A DNA stretch of 64,000 bases, from assembly GCA_951406725.2 (NCBI GenBank), contig OX597814.1, positions 79,236,001 through 79,300,000 of the forward strand. Direction: 5' to 3'. The stretch is from Octopus vulgaris. Lineage: Eukaryota. The notes beneath the pieces were generated by a model that worked only from the letters and a program-made list of their open reading frames with translations, ran no database searches and was not told the DNA's origin. Position 1 is the first letter of the stretch. Each line of letters begins with the position of its first letter. The position numbers were made by a program, and so were the translations under genes. Shown here one piece after another: positions 13,570-25,930 of the stretch.

Positions 13570-14490
13570 GACCGGACACCTACTTGGTAACCATCATCGT
13601 TTATGTTTTAAGAAGATCTTTCCGATCTTTATAGTCCAGATATCGTGATCATTTGTAGCGCATGAATTAAGGATTTGCGCTTTCTCACCAAGATCCTAAG
13701 TTCGACCATATTTTGCTTCAGACGGATTAGTTTGCATCCTGTTTCTTCAATAATAATAAGTATAAAGCTGAAAGTGCATCTTGGATACTGGACTTGCAGA
13801 CTCCTTATCACTGCTCCATAGATGTCCTCTTTCTCTTGTATTTTTGTAACCACATTCAGAAGGCAGCTGATCTCCACAACAGAACATGTCTTTTCTTTGT
13901 GGTCCCACGAAACAATATCTCACCAGTTGTGTTTTAACTTGGTGTCTGTTTTAATTCAATATTATTTTGGCCCATCGGTCTCAGGATGGTCAGCTTCGTC
14001 TGGAGGTGTTTTCTTTTTTGTTATTCTGTTCCACACCGTTCTGACCACTGCATCATGCTTCATAGGAAGATAATATCTGGAAGACATTCTCTCACAGTTG
14101 GTGAGAGAATGTGGTTGGTGTCACTAGCGTAGCTAGAGGTGGAGTAGTCCTCCCCGGGCGGCACTTTTATGGGGACAGCACCACTTTTAGGTCTGCTGTA
14201 GGCAATATCTATTTTTCGTAGGGGCTTGGGAGCGGCAAACTGAAGGGCTGCCCCGGGCGGTACACAATCTAGCTACGCTAGAGGTTGCTGTCTTCAGTCT
14301 TGATCTTGCGCAGCCTCCATTTGTTGTCTGTCAACGTTTTCTACGCTTTATGCTGCAGGTACTCGGTAGAGATCTCTTGTTCTTGGACCGCATAGATGTA
14401 ACCTTCGAAATGGGATGTCATAAACTTGTTGGTACTCCATGCCAAGTTTTTGACATGATCAATCCTGTCCATGGTGTTATTACGTGTTGC
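13570..14490 (-). mobile_element. R4/Dong-like (restriction-like endonuclease) non-LTR retrotransposon 3' fragment
   Basis: Minus strand reads TSHFEGYIYAVQEQEISTEYL, a decayed CCHC knuckle, YYLPMKHDAVVR, DIVSWDHKEKTCSVVEISC and EKEDIYG. These correspond to the RHD, PD...E and K..KY REL motifs. Confidence 0.8.
14122..14283. mobile_element. hAT (Tip100-like) MITE inserted in the R4-like LINE
   Basis: Perfect inverted ctagcgtagctaga (14124-14137 and 14268-14281). 8-bp TSD gttggtgt and gttgctgt (7/8). Confidence 0.85.
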
Positions 14491-14564
14491 CAAGTAATAA
14501 AACAGTAGGTATTTAAAATAAAAATGAAAATTCTTTTTACTTGGTGAGATGTAGGGGTTTACTA

Positions 14565-14567
<3 letters not shown>

Positions 14568-14623
<56 letters not shown>

Positions 14624-14625
14624 AT

Positions 14626-14672
<47 letters not shown>
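14568..14672. repeat. (TA)n/(GA)n compound microsatellite
   Basis: Seen directly. Confidence 0.97.
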
Positions 14673-14674
<2 letters not shown>

Positions 14675-16159
14675 CTGAAACTCATGAGAAGGCAGGGATT
14701 TTATTTAAAACTGGAATCTTAGTTCAAATATTTGCAACTGAGAGGAATCCTGTAAGGGCATTGAAGGACCAGGTGGCGGTCCTAAACTGACCAACGGATA
14801 AAGTTCTAATTAGAACAAGTGTAATCCATCCGATGTGCTTCTGCACAGTATCCACTTATCTGTATTCTCTCCTAAGTTTAGGTTGGCTCGTTGATATGTT
14901 CGAATACACTTTCTCTATGATGCCATGTAATGGGATTGATCCCAGAACTATATGCTTGCGAAGCGAAAGTTGTAAACGATACAGCTACGCTTGTGTTTAT
15001 TCAGAAGCATCCACTATAAAACAAGGTAAGGAAAAAGAAATATCCATACGCGCAGACAAGAACACATTCACACACACACACACACACACACAACACACAC
15101 ATGTCGAATAAACAGAGAAAAAAATAATCAAGAAGGAAATGTAGAAGCAAAATAGATAACGGATATCTTAAGAAGAGATAATTTCAAGGTTATTTAAGCG
15201 TTTAAACAGGATAATGGCACAGTGTTAGAAAATATTAGGTCAGGTTACTTATCAATGAATAAAGTTAATCATTTGGTTCGCTTTTTACGCTTAGTACGCC
15301 AGTATGATTGTTTTATTTAAGAGGATGATATGTGTGAGGTCTTTGGCCACGGCAGAGATTACGACCTAGACACTTATCACTCACTCTCTTCCTTCTTCTC
15401 TTTCACTTTCTCCCTCTTTCTCCTCTTACATCTTGTTTTCCCTCTCCCGCTTCCTCTCTCTACTCTCTTTCCTCACCTTTTATTACTCATACGCTCACTT
15501 GTGTGAGTTATATTCACACGCATACGTTCCTCGCAAGAGTATGATTTATATATTTTCATTTCTTTATTTGTTTATAAGCGAAACAATTTCTTTGTTGCAA
15601 CTTTTACCGAATTAACTAATATTTTGAAACAGTAAGGATTCCTAACTTTGTAGTTTCCGTAGCGTCGAGCGGATGAGAGTTATATCTCTTCTTGGTTAGA
15701 AGGACGGCCTTTGCAAATAGGTAGCTTCTCTCGCAGGAGGAACGGAACTTACTGCCGAAAGCCAACGATTCTGTCCCCTGAGCGCCTCTACGTAGTCGCT
15801 CGACTAGCAAGAAAAACAGTTAAATCTCCTTTAAGTCAATGAGGTGTCTTAAAAACAGACAGGTTGGATAATTGTGGTCTTGGTTTCCCTGCACATAGGA
15901 AACGACAGGATAGTTACGGCTAGAATGATTTTGATCGTAATGTGTGAGTTAGTGCTACACAACAGCAGTAACTTAGAAATAAGTGGACTCGACCAATGGC
16001 TGTTAAGTGTGTTAACAGACACACCATATGCAAGAAACGTGATATAGGATAGCGATCTCTCTATTGGATAGTTCTTAGATGTCCTCTTGACTTAATTATC
16101 TGACATCTCACATTATCCGTTGGGAAATGTTTGCATTAGCATCTGTCTGATATACGAAT

Positions 16160-16350
16160 CCGTCTCCTAAACACCCACCTACTGGATTATAGACAGCAGA
16201 CGAGCTTTCTCCAGACTTCTCCTTTCCGTTAGTTCTGATATCTTCTTCAGAGTCTTGACGTCTGGAGGTCCTTATGTGCCTTCTTTTTCTTTTACTTGAA
16301 AGATTTTAAAATTAGACCTTGCAGGATGAAGCGGGAATCAGGCTTGAGGA
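16160..16350 (-). mobile_element. Possible very old RTE 3' end
   Basis: Minus strand has a decayed basic KRKRR..TSRR motif followed by a W-R-type end, as in RTE termini. Heavily mutated. Confidence 0.35.
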
Positions 16351-16411
16351 ATATAGAAAATCCGACTTCAGCACAACCTTATGATTTTATATTTTACACT
16401 CCTCTATTCCA

Positions 16412-16625
16412 TTTGTTGTTGTTTAGTCCTTGGTCAACCTTGACTGGGTAGACTTATGATCAAAGACATTCCATACTGACCATCTCGTCTTTTGTCTACG
16501 TGCAAGACATGTAAGGACCTCATTATCTCACACATTCTTATGCATATGGGATGTGTGATTTAAGGGAGATCTAGTTGTTTTTTCTTGTATGTCGAGTACA
16601 TGAGCCTCCCACGTCGGCTCCTTTA
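16412..16625 (+). repeat. Dispersed repeat C (most complete copy)
   Basis: ttgttgtttagtccttggtca...gacttatgatcaaagacattcca...cattatct...gtgtgatttaagggagatct, colinear with the 21220-21430 and 8590-8800 copies. Confidence 0.7.
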
Positions 16626-17504
16626 AGTCGGTTTCAGTCACAGGTGATGGTTGATGATAGTATTGTATTACTGGGTCTGTAATAGTTTTTGTTAATAAAT
16701 GGTGATGAAGTTTTGCACTCTGTTCCTTGTCAACGCTGCTGATTTCCATGTTTTAGCTTAATGTAACACTCGATTACATATTGGGTGAGTGGAAGCGTAG
16801 TTTATTAACATAGATGTATACCCTCTAGCGATGAATGGCGGAATTGATCATGGCGCAATTTGAACACAGACTGCAAAATGATAAAACTAACGATTAAGGC
16901 CTCATGTTCGCCGCTGCGTCATCTCTCTCCCACTCCACCGCATTTAAATAAGAAATTATAAAAGAAATATCAATTATTTTTTACAACAAAAATAGTGGCA
17001 ATGGCAATTTTAAGGAAAGGAGCAGCCGATTACAAGAATCTCAGTAGTCATTTGGTATTGACGCTGGAAGAATAAATTCAATATCAGCAGGATTTCAACT
17101 AAAAACTGTAAATCTTTGTCCGACTGTCTAATAATTCTATCAACCCACTTTCCTCAGTTATTTTAATTATCCTACGCGGTTGTTTAGCTCCAGGTCAGCT
17201 TTATTAGCTTTCTAAAATGCTTTGATACAAGGGCAGAACAATTATCAAAGTCATTTCAACCAGTAAAGTGTACTTTTAAGGTTTGACTGATATTTCTAGC
17301 AAGTAGAGAGACCACGTAGAGGACCCCTCGTTAGAATCTGGCATAAAACACCAGTAAAACTGAAGCTGGCCTACCGTTGAACGTTTGTATCCCAAAGTGG
17401 CGAACTGTCGGCATCGAACAGACTTCCTTGAGAGCCTTCTGGTTCACTGTGCTCTGGGTTCAAATCTGCTGAGGTCAGCTATGCCTTCATCTTTTCAGAG
17501 TTCG

Positions 17505-17543
<39 letters not shown>

Positions 17544-17725
17544 AAAGTCTGTAATGTTGAAGAGATTAATCCTTTCACGCTTCTATGATTCTGTGGATCC
17601 TGAAAGATCTTGTGTCGTACTGTTCCCATTGCGATTAGATATCCATAGCAAACAGCTGGATCACTATACAATTGGTGAATAATGCTACTGTGGTATTATG
17701 GGCTGAAGCAGAAGGCTGGAATGAC

Positions 17726-17729
<4 letters not shown>

Positions 17730-17807
<78 letters not shown>
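17730..17807. repeat. (GA)n microsatellite
   Basis: Seen directly. Confidence 0.97.
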
Positions 17808-17810
<3 letters not shown>

Positions 17811-17929
17811 TTGCGTTGAGCAGAAAGCGCGACAAAGTACGTTTTGGCTGTTGATAAACGAAGAGAGACACGTTTTGTTTCCGGTGGTTTTTGGATGCCG
17901 ATTGACACAGCTTGGCATATATTATGCCT

Positions 17930-18165
17930 TTCGAAACTGTCGACTTACTCACCCGGAGTTCGTAACCGTTTAATTCGGTGTCCGTGAGATGACACTTATG
18001 CTTCAGCATCCCGGTATAGCCATCAATAGGAGATCAGAAGTTAATGAACTTCAATCCTGTTAACTTGAAAATATTCCACTAAGTAAAGTCGGTCCGTATA
18101 CAGCTGAAAGGTATATATTTTCTTCTACATGTAGTGAAAAGCATATATTCTCTGCTACATATAGT
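17930..18165 (+). mobile_element. Second copy of the Naiad-like PLE 3' end
   Basis: tcgaaactgtcgacttactca...cagaagttaatgaacttcaatcct...aacttgaaaata is homologous to the reverse complement of 11200-11410. Confidence 0.7.
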
Positions 18166-18383
18166 GATTGACACTGCTTGCTTGAGTTAGAACAGATGTT
18201 CTAGAGCGCTTCTTCGTAAGCACTCTAACGAGAATAGGAAGTCATTAACCAAGGTAAGGTCAGATTAGTTTGTTGTCCGTTTTTTTTTTTCACTACAGTT
18301 ACATTGACATAAACTGCAGAGTTTAAAACAAATGAGGTCCAACAAGCAGCAGAGTTTCTCATATTTGTACAAGGCCATACATT

Positions 18384-18785
18384 TAGCCTTTCTGCTATAG
18401 AGGCATGACCTGAAATTTGGTGGGAGGGAGCTAGTCGATTACATCGCCCCCAGTGCTCAACTGGTATGTATTCCATAGACTCCGAAAGGTCGAAAGGCAA
18501 AATCAACTTCGGTGGAGTTTGGACTCAGAACGTAAAACCAAAAGAAATACCTATTTCTTTGCTACCCACAAGGGGCTAAACACAGAGGGGACAAATAAGG
18601 ACAGACAAACGGATTAAGTCGATTACATCGACCCCAGTGCGTAACTGTTACTTAATTTATCGACCCCGTAAGGATGAAAGGCAAAGTCGACCTCGGCGGA
18701 ATTTGAATTCAGTACGTAACGGCAGACGAAATACGGATACGCATTTCGCCCGGCGTGCTAACGTTTCTGCCAGCTTGCCGTTTAC
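18384..18785 (-). mobile_element. Dimeric SINE family B (young subtype plus headless second monomer)
   Basis: Two B cores in tandem, junction ...gggtagcaaagaaatag|gtatttc. 15-bp TSD acaaggccatacatt at 18369-18383 and 18786-18800. Confidence 0.88.
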
Positions 18786-19006
18786 ACAAGGCCATACATT
18801 GCATAATATAGTAGTTGAGATCAAATCAATCCTTGTTCATATGAGTCGTTCTCATTTTATTAATCTTTGCGGACTGAAAAGAAAAGTCGTTTCCAATTCA
18901 ATTTGGACTCAGAAAGTAGAGAAAAATATAATTAAAAAAAAAAAAACGAAAAAAAACTCGCCACCTTATTACTGTTGTTATTCCGCACTTTAAACTAAAC
19001 GAACAT

Positions 19007-19220
19007 TGGTTTCAAATTTTGGCACAAGGCCAGCAATTTCGGGGAAGAGGTTAAGTCGATTTGATTGACCACAGTGCTTAACTGGTACTTATTTGATCGA
19101 TTCCGAAAGATGAAAGGCAAAGTCAACCTCGGCAGAATTTGAACTCAGAAAGTAAAGACGGACGAAGTGCCACTAAGCATTTTTCATGGTGTGCTAACGA
19201 TTCTGCCTGCTCGCTACCTA
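19007..19220 (-). mobile_element. SINE family B
   Basis: Complete head-core-tail: tggtttcaaattttggcacaagg...gattctgcctgctcgc. Confidence 0.9.
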
Positions 19221-19649
19221 AACTAAATGAATATAAAATCCTTACGTTAAGTATGTTTTATCAAGGCCAAGATTTCTAAGATAAAAGTATAGTAGTTTAA
19301 ATCGATTCTACTGTATATGCAGGAGAGCTGCTTGTTCACCAGCGCTGGGAAAACATTCATAGAATTGATTTGCTTCTTACTGCTCTGAAAATGGCAAATG
19401 AAAGGACAGCTAGAAAAAGTTGCATCTATTGTCAAATTTGATATTCTAGGAGTTTCAGTAAATTAACATCCCAGTGCTGCAACACGTAGTAATGGGTAGT
19501 ACTGTATTTCACACATTTTAAACAGTCCAATGTATCTAAATAAGTAATAAATGAATAGATAAGATACGATGGCTGCTGAAATAGGTAATATAGCTTAGAA
19601 CAGACAATATAAGAAATAATACTTTATAAGTTTGCTCCGTTATCCGTTG

Positions 19650-19716
19650 AGCAGAGTGACGCAGCAGGCGCGTGCTGAGCCCGTAACCTAGAGGTCCGTA
19701 GTTCTAAGCTCTGCTA
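19650..19716 (+). pseudogene. Initiator tRNA-Met pseudogene
   Basis: agcagagtgacgcagcaggcgcgtgctgagcccgtaacctagaggtccgtagttctaag-----ctctgcta aligns to eukaryotic tRNAiMet (AGCAGAGTGGCGCAGCGGAAGCGTGCTGGGCCCATAACCCAGAGGTC...CTCTGCTA). Anticodon CAT changed to CGT, 3' T-stem strand deleted, no CCA, TTTTT about 11 nt downstream. Confidence 0.85.
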
Positions 19717-20002
19717 AAGAATAGATATTTTTGATTTTTGATTTGTCTAGACAAATCAAAAATATCTATTCTTTAGATATATATATACACACACACACAT
19801 ACAGGAGTAGGTGCCTCTGCTAAAGAATAGATATTTTTGATGATTTGTTCACAAATATAAACTACAATACTTATATATGTATAATACACACACGCACACA
19901 CAGGAGTAGGTGCGAATTACATAATGCAATAGGAATTTCTACAGTTCCAAGCGGCCACCAACTGATCAGGGTACGTCAAAATCCAAGTAGCTTCGTGGCT
20001 GA

Positions 20003-20270
20003 AAGCGCGTGGTTTAGTGATCAGGGTATTCAGCTCACTGTCAAGAGTTCGATTCTCGGCAGCGCATTGTGTCCTTGAGCAAGGCACTTTATCTCATTTT
20101 GGTCCAGTCCATTTATCTGGCAAAAATGAGTTCTACACTCAAAGAACCAGCGTTGTCACATTCCGTGTCACGCTGAATCTCCCTGAAAACTACGTTAAGG
20201 ATACACGTGTCTGTGGAGTACTCAGTCACTTGCTGGAACCTTCATCGTAACTAACGGAGATCCAGGCAAT
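20003..20270 (+). mobile_element. tRNA-derived SINE family D
   Basis: A-box gtggtttagtga, B-box gagttcgattc, core tgtgtccttgagcaaggcacttt. The 3' part is also at about 37580-37690. Confidence 0.75.
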
Positions 20271-21605
20271 AGCGTAGTGGATAGAAACAACAACAACAAC
20301 AACAATAAGAAGACATTTCACTTAATATGTGTCTGTGTGACACTTCTTTGCTAGGGTTACGGTTGATTACATTGACATTAGTCAATATTTTTCGATGGCG
20401 GTCCTGGTTTTATTTGAACTCAGAAAGTAAAGCGTCGACATTAAAAATCTGAAAGGTATTGTTATTCCAGCGCTTTCCCGTGTTTGCTAGTCTACCGCTT
20501 CAGAAAAAAGATAAATATTGATTGAATATAATAGACCAATTGAGTGAGATAAAACAGAGTCATTAAAGAAGATTATAGTACTATTGTGTGATATAAAACA
20601 GTACCAGAGTTAGACGAAGTGAAATAGGATTGTTAGATGAGATAGAATAATTAATCTATTTGAACGAAATTAAATAACAGTATTGACAGTAATTCTTCTG
20701 AGTTTGCTAGATCAAGAGGAAGCCGAATGTTCGCGGCCCGGTTTCGATTTCCGTTCAAATAACTTCACTTTATCATTTTCAGTAGATCATTAATGTATGT
20801 CTCTGGGAAATTACTCCTTTGACTAGACATAGTCATTTCATCAGCTAAAGATAGCAGCCGGATTTTCCTCAAATAAAATCCAACAGTTTTAAGAACAGGA
20901 AGGATACATTAATTGACGGGATGGGCGCAAGTGGAATGATTGGGGATGACCTAGAATTAAGCAAAAATTTTACAAGTTAACGGGGCAGCTTTCGCTTGGT
21001 TATTGACCTACTAGAAATGACAACTAAATTTCCTTCAAATTACACCATACCGTCTTAAAAAGAAAGAACATTTTGGATAACGTAGGTTGGTGAACACAAT
21101 GCCTTAAAAAATAGGTGTGCGATGGTCAGGGCTACAATCAGGACTAACCTAGGGTTAAAAAAAGAATAACGATGTGCAGAACTGGGAATCAAAAAGTGAC
21201 AAACATTTTAACACAAGATGTTGCTGTTGTTTGACCCGAGGCCGGTGTTGACTGATCAAAGGCATTCTTGCTGTGACCAAGCAGTCTTTTTGAAGTGCAC
21301 AGAGAACCTAGTACCAACCATATTATCCAATGATTTCATTTCTAAATTGGTATGGTATGTGTACTTCGAGGAAGATTTGGTTGTTATTTCTAGTAAGTCT
21401 AATAACTTCGTAGTAGCTCTATCGTTGGTTCGATTTTGAACACAAACAATAAGAAAAAAAAATGAAAATTAATGAATATATTTGACTTTCTTTGTAAATT
21501 ATTTCATTAAAACTACGATTTCATGGTGTGTATTTTTTTTTTCATATTTTGGCAATCAGTGTAAGATAAAGATATTATCATAAATCTAACAAGAATTATA
21601 TATTT

Positions 21606-21943
21606 CAGTGGTTCTCAATCGGGGTCCATATGGCCCGAGGGATCCATATAATATTTTTAAGGATTCATACAAGCAAAATACTAACTTGGAGATCCACAGC
21701 AGTATTTTAGGGGTGCATGGAAAGATATTGCCTTATACGAGTTTATTACAAAAAATAGCTTGGTTTCTTTCTTTAACATTATACACAGTTCAAACTACAC
21801 TAGTGAATGTGTTAAAAACAAAATAGGTATTTTGAAAGAAGCATCTATGAAAATCAGTTACTAAACATTGAATGGCTATGGTGGTCCACCAGAATAAAAT
21901 AGTAATCGAAGGGGTCCATAGGCAAAATGGTTGAGAACTATTG
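21606..21943. mobile_element. hAT (Charlie-like) MITE, same family as 10325 in opposite orientation
   Basis: TIRs cagtggttctcaatc and ggttgagaactattg. Shares gggtccatatggcc and gaatggctatg motifs. Confidence 0.8.
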
Positions 21944-22148
21944 TTCTGTTTAGTCGCCCGACTTGCTTGAAAGACAACTAACTTGCCCTCATTTATATTA
22001 CCGTTTTAAAAAAGAAAAAGTTATGGTAATCTTAACTACTCTCTCTTTGACGCCAAAAGACCATATAGTCAGGGCGAGAATGCCTTTGATCATAAGTTTG
22101 TAGCATCAAAGCTGTTCTGTGCTTAGGCGGCATACATTGCTCTCGTCG

Positions 22149-22495
22149 CGAGCTGGCAGAAACGTTAACACGCCGCGCGAAATGCGTAGCCGTATTTCGT
22201 CTGCCGTTACGTTCTGAGTTAAAATTCCGTCGAGGTCGACTTTCCCTTTCATCGGGGGTCGATATAATCGACTTAATCCGTTTGTCTGTCCTTGTTTGTT
22301 CTCTCTGTGTTTAGCCCATTGTGGGTAGTAAAGAAATAGAAATAGATATTTCGCCCGTCTTCACATTCTGAGTTCAAATTCCACCGAGGTCGACTTTGCC
22401 TTTCATCCTTTCAGGGTCGATAAAAGAAAAAAAGTATCAGCTGAGTACAGGGTTTCCCTTATATGCCTTGTGCCTATAGTAGAAAGGTTATTATG
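22149..22495 (+). mobile_element. Dimeric SINE family B
   Basis: Same architecture as 18384-18785, junction ...gggtagtaaagaaatagaaatag|atatttcg. Confidence 0.85.
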
Positions 22496-22509
22496 ACTTT
22501 ACGGAAACA

Positions 22510-22996
22510 ATGTTTTCTGATTGAGGTACGAGGTCAGTAATTTTGAAGGGGAGACGGTTAGTCGATAACATCAATCCAATACTAGATTGCTACTTTATTT
22601 TAATGATCACAGAGTGATGACAGGCAAAGTTGACCTCAGAGAGTTTTTGAACCCAGAACTTAGAAAGTTGGAAGAAGTTGCTCAAGGAATTTTGTCTGAC
22701 GATCTAACGAATCTGTCAGTTTGTAGCCTTGCTGTACGAAAACAATATCCTGAGTTAAATAGCTTTACGAGTCTTGCGGCACTACTGGTTTCAAAGTTTG
22801 GTCCAAGGCAAGTTCGAGGGAGAGGGTTAGTCGTTTACATCGATTCCAGTGCTCAACTGGTACTTATTTCATCAACCTCGAAAGGATGAAAGGCAAAGTC
22901 AACCTGGGCGGAGTTTTAACTCAGAACGTAGCGACAGACGAAATGCCGCTAAGCATTTTTCCCGGCATACCAACGATTCTGCCTGCTCGCTGCCTT
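22510..22996 (-). mobile_element. Two SINE family B copies (one old, one well preserved at 22786-22996)
   Basis: Core and head motifs on the minus strand. Confidence 0.8.
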
Positions 22997-24269
22997 AGCC
23001 TTGCGGTGCTATTACCTTTAAGAAAAGGTATGGCAATCGCAAACTCTTATTTCTGTCTCCTTGAATATGCAAGGAATCCTTTTGTCAAAAGAAACCTATA
23101 CCAGAAAATTGATATAAATTATACATTTTGTTTTGTTTATATATTTTTTGTTTAAAATATATTTCTGAGGGATATTAAAACAAGCAAACAGACTAAATAA
23201 AAATATCTAATAAATATGAAGAATGCAATTATGAAATTGCTCTGGATTTGATATGCAGTGTGAACAAAATTGTAGGGAACATGGCGGGAATCGCAGTTTG
23301 ATGGAGGGAAAGAAATAGAGAAATGGAGATTGAAAGAGAAGAACACAAAGACAGAAACAGAGATATAGAAGGGTGAAAGAGAGGGAAACCGATGGAGAGA
23401 GAGAGAGAGAGAGAGAGAGGAGGGGGAATGTAAGGAAATGTAAAACAAGTAGGAATTAAATATAGAAAGAAAAACTAATAAAAAGACTGTTGTATAACAA
23501 ACGGAACCATTTTACAACCAAAATATAGAAACTTGACTCATTGCTGATCACATGGCGCCATACACATACATACATACATACATACATACATACATACATA
23601 CACACATACATATTTGTATGTATGTATATATATATATATGTAAGTATGTATGTGTGTATAAGACCAGTGTCAACAATGGGTGAATTAGAGGGGAGAGATC
23701 GTGGTCAATAGAGAATTGTCAAGGATTTATGAGAAATTGGTAACAGATAACGCTGAAGCAAAAAATAACAGCAGCAACAACAACAAAACACTATCAATTT
23801 CGAATGGTTGGCGCACAAAATCTATTCAACCAAAAAACTAATGGGTGAATAATAACAACAACAATAACAACAACCAACAACAGCATGAAGGTGCAGTGTG
23901 CAAGACTTGCTGCCTGCCTGACTGCTTGCCTTACTTTGCTCCCCGCTGTCTGTGTCTTTAGGCAGAATGAAAATATCTAAATTGCATTGTTTTCATTTTT
24001 AGCCGAAATTCATAAAATTCTTTATATATTAAAAAAAAAAGAGAGCGAAATAAAAAAAAAGCAAAGAACCAAACAAAAAAGAAAATAATATAATAGAAAC
24101 GAAAATTAAACAAGCAACCGTGTTGTAGCCAAGCAAGCCAGTGAACTATATCATTTATATTCATGTATGTAAAGCCAATACTAATTTTTTTTGTCTTAGA
24201 GATAGATAGATAGATAGACAGACAGAGATAGATAGATAGATGAATAAATAGATAGGCAGATAAACAAGT

Positions 24270-24317
<48 letters not shown>

Positions 24318-25630
24318 AAGGGAGAGAAAAATGAAGGCTCTTTTGGGAATGATGAATCATATCGATACTTTGAAAAATAAAATAAAATACAACGGCAGCA
24401 GCAGTAGCAGCAGTAGAAGTTTCATAAGCAACAAGAGCAAAAGAAAATATCGAGAATGGTATGATGGAGGAAATTTGATAGAAGGTGCCAACGGCAAAGA
24501 CACAAAGTCTGACTGAGTCATTGGTTCAACGAAATAGTTTTATATTATGTCCAAATGACAAATTGGATTCGGGAGGAGCCAGTGAAATTAAAACCAGAGT
24601 TCCAGTTACATGACCTCTGATTTCATGCATATCATATGAATGTAATGTTTAATCGGTGAAATTGCTATCATTGTTTCCCTTTGCCAATAGTTTCTGGCAA
24701 TCGGCATCATAACATCATATATTGCTGCTCTCATTTTTCTCCGACACAATTTGAAAGTAGCAGGCTTTGTGAATAGTTATACATGGTTTACTTGCATCAT
24801 AGTTCAATATATTATTTTATCGTTTAGCCAGGAGGGGAAGAACAGTGCCCATAACGCTGCTTTACTGGGCTTCTGAAATTGGTGGGAAGGTAAAAGGGAG
24901 ATAAGTATTCTGAAATCGTAGAGACCTGAACCGAATGCTTGCAACTAAGTGAACTCTTGCTCAAAGCACCTAAGTGATCCCGCCAATCCATCGCTCATAA
25001 CTGGTACTTTAGTTAACGATGCTGGAAAGATGAAAAAAATTGAGCGCGGTGGAATTTGAATTTAAAACACTGAAAGTTAGGAATAAGTTCTATAAAGTAT
25101 TTCGTTCTGACGCTTTAAGTATTCTACAAATGCAACGCTTACTCAGGTCCAGTCGCTTTGTTTCATTCTAGTTGTGACTAATCTGGTCCAGTTGCACATT
25201 GTGACTGAACATATATTGGTCATGGCGACAATGGTGGTGAAGATGCTAGTCAGTTCTCTCTAGAGCAATAGCAGTAAAAGTGATCAGGAACTTTTCTTAT
25301 AGTTTACTTTTTTGTTATTGACGTTGTTTTTGTTTTTTGTTCAGAATCTTTTCTTTCATCTTTCCATCATTTTCCTCAGGAATTTTTTACCAGCCTTATT
25401 TGTAATTTTTTAAACATTATTTTTGTTCTTTCAGACTGTTTTTTCTATAAACGCTTTTTTTCTTTCTAAATCTGATGGTGATTCATTGAAGAGTTGGGGA
25501 GCAATGATAGGTATACTAGGCTTTGTATATTTCTACCCCAATGTCACTTTGATTGCATGCACTGCTCTCACTCAATAGCAACAACAACAACAACAACAAC
25601 AACAATAATAATAATAATAATAATGATAAT

Positions 25631-25844
25631 GGTTTCAAATTTTGGCACAAAGCCAGCAATTTCGGAGGAGGGGGACACGTCGATTACATCGCCTCCCCCC
25701 AGTATTCAACGAGTACTTATTTTATCGACCCTGAAAGGATGAATGGCAAAGTTGACTTCGGCGCAATTTCAACTTAGAACATAATGACGAAATACCGTTA
25801 AATATTTTGCTCGGCGCGGTAACGATTCTGCCAGTTCACCGCCT
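25631..25844 (-). mobile_element. SINE family B between (AAC/AAT)n and (CAG/CAA)n tracts
   Basis: ggtttcaaattttggcacaaag...gattctgccagttcaccgcc. Confidence 0.9.
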
Positions 25845-25895
25845 CAAGAACAACAACAGCAGCAGCAGCAGCAGCAACAACAACAACAACAAGAG

Positions 25896-25927
<32 letters not shown>

Positions 25928-25930
25928 ATA

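Noticed and set aside
23680-24800. Possible exons or conserved regulatory DNA in a less repetitive stretch
   Set aside because: No consistent frame, splice pair or recognisable motif.
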